Positions 29,190 to 38,900 of a DNA stretch of 64,000 nucleotides are shown here, piece by piece. Within the stretch, counting starts at the first letter, position 1; each line of letters begins with the position of its first letter. The position numbers were made by a program, and so were the translations under genes. Origin of the DNA: a virus. Below the pieces are notes generated by a model. It was not told the DNA's origin. It saw only the letters and a list, made by a program, of their open reading frames with translations, and made no database searches. The stretch covers positions 32,001 to 96,000 of IMG/VR virus record IMGVR_UViG_3300028563_000011; one strand, written 5' to 3'.

Positions 29190-29972
29190 TCATGTCAGTA
29201 ACCCCAAGGCACTACGATACACCTGGTCGATACTAATCGCCTTCATCGCTTCTATACAGTGGCTGCATCGGCTAAGGGAGCCGCAGGGCTCTGTCCCGCC
29301 CGTTAAGTTGACATTGGTAGGGTAGCCCAAGATTTTTGGATCAGTGAAGCCCCCAAAGAGAACAACCGCCTTTACACCCAACGCCGCTGCACCGTGTGCT
29401 AACCCACCTTCAGGACCTATATATAACTTAGCCTGAGAAAGAGCGACTAAAGCCTGACGGAAGTTCTTAGTTACAATTGGCTTCACCCCAGGGAACATGG
29501 TTGTATTGTAGTGATTGGTATCATACATAAATTGACAAACAGTAAACCCTGCCCGTAACAACATCTTGGCTACTTGTTGATAACGCTCGTAAGGCCATTG
29601 TTTGTTAGGATAGACCGGTTTTACCCGAGGCTCTATCAGTACATACCTCGGCTTTATTTTTCTTGCTAATTCACATTCGGCTTTATTAAAGAAAATCTGA
29701 CCCGGTATTGCTCTAAAATTGGGGTCGTAAACCCAGTTAGCTCCCTGAGTGCTCTTACTAAAATAAATACGGTTATGTTTATAGTGCGCTATCCATTCTA
29801 AGTCAGGAGCTCCTTCACTACCAGGAGGCGCTATATTAGGGTTATTCCTATAAATCAGTTCACCAGTTTGAGCCCACAAGATAGTACGTCCGTCACCAAA
29901 AGCAATACGCTTACCACGATCACGTGCGCCTCTGGCCAAGCCTGTACCCAAAATTTCGTCACCGTAACCCAT
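29190..29972 (-). CDS. GT9 (heptosyltransferase-like) glycosyltransferase
   Basis: MGYGDEI, NKQWP, EGGLAHGAAALG.KAVVLFG and C-terminal Cys cluster. Confidence 0.8.
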   Translation of the reverse strand: MGYGDEILGTGLARGARDRGKRIAFGDGRTILWAQTGELIYRNNPNIAPPGSEGAPDLEWIAHYKHNRIYFSKSTQGANWVYDPNFRAIPGQIFFNKAECELARKIKPRYVLIEPRVKPVYPNKQWPYERYQQVAKMLLRAGFTVCQFMYDTNHYNTTMFPGVKPIVTKNFRQALVALSQAKLYIGPEGGLAHGAAALGVKAVVLFGGFTDPKILGYPTNVNLTGGTEPCGSLSRCSHCIEAMKAISIDQVYRSALGLLT

Positions 29973-30158
29973 TTAGACAAAGTCTTTTTCATCAGCTACA
30001 AAAACTTTCACCTCAGTATTAAAAGTCTTGGTAGGGGTATTTTCTTCATCATCAAGCCCCCGAGCATACCACCACAAACTATTCTGTATCATAATTTTAA
30101 GATGTTCTGGTTTAAGTTCATAACTATCTGGTACTTGAATAGAGATTCTAAGGTTCAA
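29973..30158 (-). CDS. Hypothetical protein
   Basis: Fills the gap, coupled to neighbours. Confidence 0.35.
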   Translation of the reverse strand: MNLRISIQVPDSYELKPEHLKIMIQNSLWWYARGLDDEENTPTKTFNTEVKVFVADEKDFV

Positions 30159-30682
30159 GTCAACCTCCTAGGGTACATCAAAGCCACCCACTCATCCTTC
30201 TCAAATTTCCAGACGGCTTTAACACTAAATTGTCTGTCTACCCTAGCTCGCCACCACAACCCCGGTTTGACGATAAGATGTGCATTAGACCCATCGGAAA
30301 GTAACTTACCTGCTGGACGAGTTGAAATTACAGCAAAGAGCGCAACCTTAGTTAAGGAATGTAAATGCTCAAGTACATTATCTAGTAAATCAGGCTCAAT
30401 ATGTTCTAATACATCTGTACAAATAACTAAATCACAAGGCTCAGGAAGATTTGATTTTTCTTCTATGGCTGGGTCATATTCTTCAGCAGCAAGATAGTAC
30501 CAACTCAAAGCCTTAGCTAAAGCCCCAGCCCCACAGCCATAATCCAAAATTGATTGTGCCTTGAGATACCCCTTTAGATAAATGATAGGGGTGACCCAAC
30601 GATCACCCCGTTCACCGTACCCGCCTAGTAAGTGTAGGCGCTTTTGTTCTTCCAAATACTCGGAAGATATAAGATCAAGCAT
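30155..30682 (-). CDS. Class I SAM-dependent methyltransferase (paralogue of 27801..28340)
   Basis: LDYGCGAG, YDPA and CTDVLEHIEP. Confidence 0.85.
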   Translation of the reverse strand: MLDLISSEYLEEQKRLHLLGGYGERGDRWVTPIIYLKGYLKAQSILDYGCGAGALAKALSWYYLAAEEYDPAIEEKSNLPEPCDLVICTDVLEHIEPDLLDNVLEHLHSLTKVALFAVISTRPAGKLLSDGSNAHLIVKPGLWWRARVDRQFSVKAVWKFEKDEWVALMYPRRLT

Positions 30683-30700
30683 CCTGCTTTAACCTATAAT

Positions 30701-31051
30701 TCAATACTTCACCCATTCCTGGGGTAACTTACAGTTCCTGGTAGCACTAGCAAACATAGGAGCAATATCCTCGTCCTTGTAACCAGCTAACCCACAACCG
30801 ATTCTAGTAACATTAAACTCTAAATCTTCATGTATAGCCGCGTACAACAAGAAATCTGCAACGTAGCACTTTATAGCCGCTAAAGACAACGGACGTAGCG
30901 TGCTATCTTTTGTAGGGATTGCATAAGCATTACCTGTACGTCCTACCCAAGCACCATAAACAGCCCCATGATGTTGTCGAGCATGTAAAGCCGCTCCCGC
31001 CCCGTGCCTACCTTTAAGGTTTGAACCAAACACAAATATAGAATTACTCAA
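30701..31051 (-). CDS. A1S_2505-family (macro-like) phage protein
   Basis: IFVFGSNLKGRHGAGAA...YAIPTK...VTRIGCGLAG. Confidence 0.75.
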   Translation of the reverse strand: MSNSIFVFGSNLKGRHGAGAALHARQHHGAVYGAWVGRTGNAYAIPTKDSTLRPLSLAAIKCYVADFLLYAAIHEDLEFNVTRIGCGLAGYKDEDIAPMFASATRNCKLPQEWVKY

Positions 31052-31078
31052 TGTTTATAACCTCTATTTTAAGGTACT

Positions 31079-31555
31079 TCACTCAGTTTCATCTTTCTCA
31101 ATCCTTGCAGGTTGCGGACCGGATTCTTGATCCTGGTACTTACCTTTATAGGGCTGAATTGTGGGTTCATCTAATTGCTCGAATATTACTTGAGCAATTG
31201 GCGTACCCGCATCTAAGTAAATCCACTCTTTTGTTTCGTTGGATAACTCCAAGGTAAGAAAGCCTCTCCAAACAGGCTCACCAATTGTATTTTGTACAAA
31301 CAAACCCTTACGAGCCCAAGATGATTTATCATGAACACGCATTACTAAAAAGGATGGGATAAAGAACTGTTCTAAAGTCGCCCCTAATGTGTAAGAACGA
31401 GGAGCAAGATTAACCATAGCTCCTAAACGAATATCATAACCTGCTGAGGACAAACCGTAGCTCATCCCACTAGGATGTACCTTACGATCAGTAAAGGGTG
31501 AAATTAAACTGGACTCAAGACACAACTTACGTATTGACTGCGCGCTTAAGATCAT
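31079..31555 (-). CDS. dcd: dCTP deaminase
   Basis: SYGLSSAGYDIRL, KSSWARKGL, LTLELSN and YKGKYQDQ. Confidence 0.9.
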   Translation of the reverse strand: MILSAQSIRKLCLESSLISPFTDRKVHPSGMSYGLSSAGYDIRLGAMVNLAPRSYTLGATLEQFFIPSFLVMRVHDKSSWARKGLFVQNTIGEPVWRGFLTLELSNETKEWIYLDAGTPIAQVIFEQLDEPTIQPYKGKYQDQESGPQPARIEKDETE

Positions 31556-31872
31556 AGCCCTTCTCTACCTTCTTTGATCAAAGACAACAACTTCCAAGAA
31601 GCTATACCTAATATTTGCGACCTTAAAGCCAAACCTTCATTCCAATCTTCATCTACAAAGTAATGGATCTTAGAACCACAATCATCATTTAGATCATAAG
31701 GGCAAAAGATTTGTACAAGTACTCCTCGTCTAACTTTAGCAAAAATTAAGTACACCTTTTTAATCTTGATACAATACTCAGAAATATCCATTATCTTTAA
31801 TGGTTTAACGGAAGGTTCTTTAGGGTCTCCAGAATCATACAATCCCATATCATACGTAGTAATATCTATCAT
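31552..31872 (-). CDS. Hypothetical protein
   Basis: ATGA-coupled on both sides. Confidence 0.45.
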   Translation of the reverse strand: MIDITTYDMGLYDSGDPKEPSVKPLKIMDISEYCIKIKKVYLIFAKVRRGVLVQIFCPYDLNDDCGSKIHYFVDEDWNEGLALRSQILGIASWKLLSLIKEGREGL

Positions 31873-32675
31873 CGTCCCCTACCATAATCCCCAAACTCAA
31901 CTGGAACACGAAAGGTCTCAGGACCTTGACCCGCTGCATTGGCCTCTGCTAACATACGGTCAAACAATTCAGGTATTTCGGGCATAGGATGAAGTTCATC
32001 TCTACCATTGTACCAATGAGGCTTACCCTCCAACTTTAACCTAGCACGAGCATGTTTGTGATTTGGTTGTGTGGGGATATTAGTATAGTGTATAAGCTTT
32101 ACCTTCCCATCATATATAGTCGGACGATATTGAGCCTTATCATCATCCTTACCATCTAAACAATTCCACTCACCTTGAAACACCCCCGCATGTTTAGCTA
32201 TAGTACTACGCACAGGACGATAAGCCCCCTCCACTGTCTTTAAGTGTTCAATTGGAGGTAAGACTTTCTTCATACGCTCATTATCCATGAGCATAACACA
32301 TGAAGCCCCAATTTTAGACATAAGTAGGGCTTTACCATCTGGAATTGTTTGATTCCAGAGTTCTGCAACATCCGCAATAAAGATTTGATCACAATCACAA
32401 TAGATCGCCTTGCCTTGAAACTCACAAGCCGCTGGAATACCCCAACGAAGACTGGAAAAGGGTGTGGCTGCTCCTCGCATATTCCACCCCTTACGAGGAT
32501 TTGCTTGTGGGTCACTATACCAAAAGCTATTCGGGTCGCGAGAAAGCATCATCCAAATAATATCAACATCATCCTGAGGGTGGTGCTTACGCAAAGACCA
32601 GGCAAAAACCGCCTGGCATTCTAAATCTTCATTATTGGCTGGAGTACCGACGAACACCCGTATTCGTTCAGACAT
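31869..32675 (-). CDS. GT8-like glycosyltransferase
   Basis: IRVFVG, TPFSSLRW.IP, AIYCDCD, WNCLD and LIHYT. Confidence 0.8.
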   Translation of the reverse strand: MSERIRVFVGTPANNEDLECQAVFAWSLRKHHPQDDVDIIWMMLSRDPNSFWYSDPQANPRKGWNMRGAATPFSSLRWGIPAACEFQGKAIYCDCDQIFIADVAELWNQTIPDGKALLMSKIGASCVMLMDNERMKKVLPPIEHLKTVEGAYRPVRSTIAKHAGVFQGEWNCLDGKDDDKAQYRPTIYDGKVKLIHYTNIPTQPNHKHARARLKLEGKPHWYNGRDELHPMPEIPELFDRMLAEANAAGQGPETFRVPVEFGDYGRGR

Positions 32676-32699
32676 TCTTATTTTTCCTTTGGGGGATTT

Positions 32700-32775
32700 T
32701 GGTGCGCGCCGTCAGACTCGAACTGACACTGAAAGGATTTTAAGTCCCATCCCTCTGCCTTTGGGGTACGCGCGC
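32700..32775 (-). tRNA. tRNA-Leu(UAA), short variable arm
   Basis: Cloverleaf; anticodon loop CTTAAAA; GTTCGAGT T-loop; encoded CCA. Confidence 0.85.
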
Positions 32776-32806
32776 TGTTTTACCTTGAAAACCTTTTGTA
32801 GGGCAA

Positions 32807-32860
32807 TGCAGCCGACGGTAGCGGGGAGTCGGGGGGTTTGGAGGCCAACCGTCGGCTGCA
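32807..32860 (-). other. 13-bp perfect hairpin with C-rich loop
   Basis: TGCAGCCGACGGT / ACCGTCGGCTGCA inverted repeat just upstream of tRNA-Leu. Confidence 0.6.
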
Positions 32861-32931
32861 CGCTCTTCCTTGCCCTTTGGGAAACAGCGGAGGGCTGGTC
32901 CTACCCAGGCAAGAAACTCTTTACTACTACC

Positions 32932-33504
32932 TCATACTCCTCGACTAAATCCGTAATCTCCGGGGAATTTAGATTTCTCATGAACCCCAACCGCTTTATT
33001 ACTCGGGAAGTTCCCAGAACCAGCTAAGTACAAACCAACCAGTTCTTGAATAATGATTGGGAACCTAGGCCCCCCAGAACCCAAGAAGGTGGCATCAATA
33101 CCACGGAAGTTTGTGATAGACACAGAACCCGCGGTCAATGACCGTACACGTTCAGTTATTGACTGTTGATCTTGTACTGTAGACCCATTAAGCAAGGCCA
33201 AAGCCAACTCAATAGACCCAGCTACAATCCCGTCAGGAATTACCCCAGCAGAATCATCTAAACCTTCGATGCCCATTTCCTTACGTGGAAATTGATTATA
33301 TTGATTAGAATCAAACTTAACTCCCCGCCAAACTTGTCTATCTAGAATACGCGTAGCTGTAATTAATGAACGGTTTTTATCATCAGTGGTAGCAGATCGC
33401 CAAGAATCCCCCTGGAACGCAGCAGCCATATACTCATCTGCAGTTGCAACATCTGCGTACACAAGATAAGGCTGAGAACCTATGAAGATTGTTTCGATTG
33501 CCAT
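32932..33504 (-). CDS. Head-tail adaptor (DnaT-like-annotated family)
   Basis: YADVATADEY, LITATRILD...WRG...FPR and ELALALL. Confidence 0.75.
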   Translation of the reverse strand: MAIETIFIGSQPYLVYADVATADEYMAAAFQGDSWRSATTDDKNRSLITATRILDRQVWRGVKFDSNQYNQFPRKEMGIEGLDDSAGVIPDGIVAGSIELALALLNGSTVQDQQSITERVRSLTAGSVSITNFRGIDATFLGSGGPRFPIIIQELVGLYLAGSGNFPSNKAVGVHEKSKFPGDYGFSRGV

Positions 33505-33514
33505 AACTACACAC

Positions 33515-33754
33515 TCACTCTCTTAGCCTTAAGTTACAACCCAAAACCAATAGCGAAGAATAATTATAAGTCAATTCAGAGTATGGTTTACCTATATTTA
33601 CAATCCACAAATCTGGGAAAATATGTCCTTGTATCTCCCCCTTGAATTCCTGTCCTCTAATCTTAGCAAAGACTTTTTGACCTTCCTCGTAAGCTACACT
33701 CGAAGGGTCCTCAGTTCGGTCAGAGGCGCGTTTTTTAGGTTTGGCTCGGCTCAC
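33515..33754 (-). CDS. Hypothetical SH3/KOW-like protein
   Basis: GQKVFAKI...GEI beta pattern. Confidence 0.35.
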   Translation of the reverse strand: MSRAKPKKRASDRTEDPSSVAYEEGQKVFAKIRGQEFKGEIQGHIFPDLWIVNIGKPYSELTYNYSSLLVLGCNLRLRE

Positions 33755-34068
33755 CTGCCTGGTCCCCTAAATGACTCCTCAGCGAGCTCTCCTGGGAGAC
33801 TACGCCCCTAACCTGCTTGGCAAAGGCTTGTTGCCACTTGAGGTACTTTTCCGAATACAAAGGATCAGTCGGAAGTGTAACAGGAAAGTCGTGGTCTAGA
33901 TCCTGTTCTCTCATTATAAGACTTCCTTAGCTCGATCCCAAGCAAAGAGCAATTGGTCCCAAGAAGCAAAAGGACCAACTGCTTTGTTGGTTTTAGAGCG
34001 CACACTCTTATCAGGGTCTTCGCCCCAATACCAACCACTATCTTTTATATACCAAAAATAAAGCTCTT

Positions 34069-35940
34069 TCAAGGCTGTCCTCCTTCTGCAACAATCTTAG
34101 CTTTGCTACCGTTATTGTCTATAAGCACCCAATGCTTCAAGCTTGGTTTTAGAGTGTCAAAGGTTTGCTCGTTTGTACGTTGGTTAAAAGGTACCTCAGG
34201 AGGTACAAAATAACCAGTTGACATAAATCGAGACATAGCTCTACTTGTAGCGGTTTCAGGTGCTGCGTGAACGTAGTAACCTTTTACATCATACCCCGCA
34301 GCTTTATACGCAGCAACGCGCTCTTGCGCTTGCTGAGTTACAGCCATTGTAGCGTCATATATTATATTCAAACCAGCACTACGTGCAATACGCTCCGCCT
34401 GTGCTACTAAATCTCTCGCTTCTGGTAGATAGAGTTCTGCATTAGCGCCATTGTAGCCCGGCATAGATTCTCTAATTGTATCTGCTGATAAGTAGAAATA
34501 CTTTGATTTATCGATTCCTTCTAAGGCAGAAGTCTTACCTGAACCTGGGCGACCACCCGTCATAATCAATTCTGGGGCTTTACCAGGGTCTGGAGTTGCA
34601 GCTTGAATAATGTCTTTCCTAAACAAATGCTCCAATAAGTTCTTATGCAAAGCTTGACGTGCTGGAGTATACTGACCATCAGCAGTTGTATGCTGTTCTT
34701 TTGTTGAAGGGTTAGAAGCAATCAATTCCTTTGCTCGTGCTATTGCCGTTGTTGTATCGCCCGGTATTATTTTCAATACATCATCTAAAGTAAGTTCTGG
34801 CTTTAGATTTTGTCGTAATAAAGCTACAGCAGAACCTTTAGCCGAGTCTGATGTAGCAAAACGTCCTCGCTCATCGTGATGGGGATTGAATTTTTCTATA
34901 GCAGCTGTAGTGAACCTTCCCAATTTGTCGTGATACGGATTAGCCTTGTTGGTGATTTCTAAATCACCATGACCGTGAGGAATAGGCTTAACGTCAGCGT
35001 CTTTCGGCTGGTTGGTAAACGACTCCTTTTCTAATTGAGCTTCCTGACCACGACACCAAGCCGACCAAGCATCCCAATCAATATCATTGTCTTTAGCATA
35101 AGCCCGCTCAGTTGGCGTTCCAGCCTCGTTATGGGCCTTCAAGTAAAGTGTCTTCCGCTCTTCTTCGTTAGGCTCACGACCTTCTTTGTCCTTAAAATCT
35201 TGCAACAAAGCATCAATCTTGGTCTTCTCAGCGACCTCATGTTGTAAAAGCATATCAGATACAATAACTTCTTTATCTTTAATTGTAGTCTTTTCCGGTA
35301 AGTTCTTATTCTGATACATTGTCTTGCCATCTTGACTCATGCAAGACATCCAAGGCCCATCATGTTCTAAATCAACCTTAACTCCGCTTGTATTAACTTT
35401 CTCCATATCTGGAGCATAGAGATCAATTGCTTCTTTTAATTGAGTTAAGATCTCTAAGACAGGATCAAGATCCTTCTTTATCTCAGGCTGTTTGTTACGC
35501 AAAGACTTCAACGCTGCTACAGAACTCTTCAAGATTGTTTTGGTCTGTTCTTTTGGCACACCCATTGTCGTTGACAGATTATGTACAACATATGAAATGT
35601 ACTCATCAACATCAGGGCCATGAAGAGTATTCCAAGACCCATTCTTTGCGGCGTACCCTACGATGGAAGACAAAGCCAAGGCAACAAGGTCTTTTACCGA
35701 CTGTTTTGTCTTTGGATGTTTTGCTACAGAAATTAAGACTTGTCTAGCCGACTTACCATGAATAAATTCAGACGTAGCTTTGAAGCCTACTTGTAAAAAA
35801 TTTGAGAAACGCCCCTTAGCGTCATGGTAGGGGTTAGCTTTCTCTATTGGGTTGAAAGCTTTGCTCAAAGCCAAGACACAATACGTCTTACCGTTTGACC
35901 GGAAAGTATCACCAACTCGTAACTGCGCTAACGAATTCAT
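34069..35940 (-). CDS. Tagged polyprotein with C-terminal zeta-toxin-like P-loop kinase
   Basis: Three NP(Y/H)HDxxGRF tags; TGGRPGSGKTS, SADTIR, NIIYDAT and RAMSR zeta motifs. Confidence 0.8.
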   Translation of the reverse strand: MNSLAQLRVGDTFRSNGKTYCVLALSKAFNPIEKANPYHDAKGRFSNFLQVGFKATSEFIHGKSARQVLISVAKHPKTKQSVKDLVALALSSIVGYAAKNGSWNTLHGPDVDEYISYVVHNLSTTMGVPKEQTKTILKSSVAALKSLRNKQPEIKKDLDPVLEILTQLKEAIDLYAPDMEKVNTSGVKVDLEHDGPWMSCMSQDGKTMYQNKNLPEKTTIKDKEVIVSDMLLQHEVAEKTKIDALLQDFKDKEGREPNEEERKTLYLKAHNEAGTPTERAYAKDNDIDWDAWSAWCRGQEAQLEKESFTNQPKDADVKPIPHGHGDLEITNKANPYHDKLGRFTTAAIEKFNPHHDERGRFATSDSAKGSAVALLRQNLKPELTLDDVLKIIPGDTTTAIARAKELIASNPSTKEQHTTADGQYTPARQALHKNLLEHLFRKDIIQAATPDPGKAPELIMTGGRPGSGKTSALEGIDKSKYFYLSADTIRESMPGYNGANAELYLPEARDLVAQAERIARSAGLNIIYDATMAVTQQAQERVAAYKAAGYDVKGYYVHAAPETATSRAMSRFMSTGYFVPPEVPFNQRTNEQTFDTLKPSLKHWVLIDNNGSKAKIVAEGGQP

Positions 35941-38900
35941 TCGAGTATCTCTTGAGCGATGATCTCTAAACCTTCACCATCCTCAATAAAACGTGTGATC
36001 TTAGCTATTGTTTCTTGAGGTAAGGCTTGTTCATCATTTTCACGCTGATCCATATCGTCAAGCATTCCAATTAAGTAATCTAAAATAGCAACAACAGGAT
36101 CGGACGCATCGACTTGAACTTTCTCTATCTGACCCTTACGATAAGCCTTTAAGAGATTTAGGAAAACCTTGACCGTAGCTCGCGCTTGACCAATTGTGAT
36201 ATCTCTTTGCTGAGCCTCTCCCAATACCGTACGCTCAATTAGGGAATTGACTTGCCTTTGAATAGGAGCAGAGAAAGGCACACCTTGGTCTTTTGTTGCT
36301 TGGTTTAACAGATGAGAAGCAAGTTGTGCAACTCCCTCACGACCCAATACTGAAGCGTGATCTTTCAAGACTTCAGCTGAAGAACTTGTTCTAAACCATT
36401 TGGCAACCTCAAAGGCTCTATCCACAAGGCTCAATCCAGCTACAGCTGCTGTTACGCTTAGAGCATGCTTCAGTGTCAAAGAACGTGTGGCCGCCTTTTG
36501 GGCGTACTCTTGATCCATAGCCAACGTTGCGGCATGTCTAGACGCAGTGATAGGACGGCGGGCACCAGCAACATCTGTAAAGCGTCCTCTTCCGTCATGG
36601 TAGGGATTAGCTTTCTCAACAGAACCCTGCTTTTTAGGAATTAAAACCATAAATAAAGTCACAGAATCAGACAGCCCTTTTTCTATACGCTCATTGAAAA
36701 CTTTTGTTGTAGGCTCTTTAGCAATACCAACAATCCACTCTGGCTTAACTTCTCCTTTAAATTTGAAGTCTGAATTCTTCCCAGTAAAACCCTCAGTAAC
36801 ATCTGCACTAGCTCGCTTATCAAATTCCTCTTTTGGTATCTTTATTTCCAAAATTACAGGTTCTGACTTATTGATTTCAGCAGCTAAATCTGCAAACCCT
36901 GCTGCTTGTTCCCAGTCAAAAGACACGTAAACATAACCTTTAGTATCCCTTATTAGCTCCTGCTTCTCAGCCTTAGACATCCCTTTCATAATAAAACGAT
37001 CAGCACCTTTTCCTCCTTGAGGTTTTAATCCCTCTCGCATAATTTGACTTAGTGTCTTTTCATTAGTCCCATGAAAAACAGTAGTAGCCCATTTCCCAGA
37101 CTTATCCCGGGGTTCATCTGGGTTGAAGGCTTTAGATAAGTCTTCATCAGACCCCATATTGTCAAGGTCTTCTTGCAATGCCTGAAGTATTTCCAAGATT
37201 GGGTCAGTTTCATCAGCTTTCTTAATCTCAGACTCACGCAACTTTTGGAATACCTGTATAGCTAAATGCAAAGCTGCACGAGCATGTGCTAATGTAACAT
37301 AATCCAAAGCACCAGGCTTGGGCTGACCTTCAGGAGTACTCCTACTAAAGTGATGGACAGTAGAATAGATAAAATTCCTCACATCTTGATGTAAGCCTGG
37401 GTCTTGGCTACCTAACTTATGTTCAATTGCTGTACCAGCAATAAAAGTCAAGATATGCCCAATTGCTTCCTTTGCTATAAATAAAGATTCATTCTTAACT
37501 GTTTGTTTAACAGGTTCTGACGATAACCATTCTTTTGTACGTAATACCTTACCTTTCAACCCAGGAACATTTGCAAAGGCTGAAGGCTGAGGTGGGGTTT
37601 CCTGAGGGTGTTCATGTATTCCAGGAGAGCTTGACGCACTACCGAAACCAGCTGTAAACCGACCGTGACTATCTCTAGGTTTATACCCACGATTGGCTTT
37701 AGTGAATTCCTCGTCCCAACTCTCAACATCATCAAGGTCAAAGAACTTCTTGACGTTCTTTGGGTTTGTAACATTCTGATTCCCAGCTGAACCTTTACCC
37801 CCAGACTTTGCTGGAGGCTGAGAACCGTTAACTGAAGGTTGGGTTCCACCGTTACCACCAGGTTGACCTCCACCCCCGCCAGGTTGTCCCGGGGTTTGGC
37901 CAGCAAACTTAGCTCTAGCTGTTGCTTCAGCCATCTTTACTGGGTCTACTGGCTTGCCATCTGGACCAAACTTCATTCCAGCCTTAGCTTGTTGCTGCTG
38001 CTGATACATATCCATATCAGGCTCAGGCTGACGCTCAATACCCAACAAATCACGTACATCATCAATCGCTGGATCATCGGGACGTAAGACAGCACCAGCT
38101 GTAGCCATTTGCGCTAATGAAGCTGTAATCTCTTGAACAGTACGGAAAGCCAACTCAGAGTGCTTTAACTTAGGACGTAATTCATCTTTAATACCATTCA
38201 AGTCACAAAGAGGTTCAATAACATCCTTATTACAAGCATCAGTAATTTCATCCAGGGTACCATTAACAACAAGATAGAAATTCTGAGACTTGTCGGATGC
38301 TAGAGCTCTAGAACCACCACCTTTGTCTCCAAGCAATAAGTTCTCAACGCCAAGAATACGCGCCATTTCTAGAATAGTACGATCAATAGCTTGACCAATT
38401 TCAGCAAAGCCAACTGAACCACCTTGCAGGAGTTCCACACCAAACTGCATTGCACTTGAAACTGAAGGACCAGAATCAGTCTCAACAATGTACGGGGCTG
38501 AGTCCATAACGATTGAAGTATCGTTAGACTTGGATTGCATCTTAACGAAGTCTTCAACAGCTTGAGTAATTCCAGTAGCATCTTCTTTGGTTAATTGACC
38601 CGCTTGTACAGCTTTACGTATTGCAGTGTAAGGCACCCGTCCAATGGGGATACCACGTAAGTCACGTTCAAAGCCTCGACCTTCTAGCTCGAAATATTTC
38701 TTCAAGCGTTCCCAAGGCTCGATAAGATGACGATACAAACCAATTCCTTCTGGGGAATCAGTTAAAGTATCGTCTACCATGTACATAACTTTGGAGCGTG
38801 GGATATAAAGCAAAGCCCCACCTATAGGAGCACGTTGCCACACTCCAACCACAGAACCGTTATCGTCAAGTTCCCAACGCTCAATTGTATGCTGAGGCCG

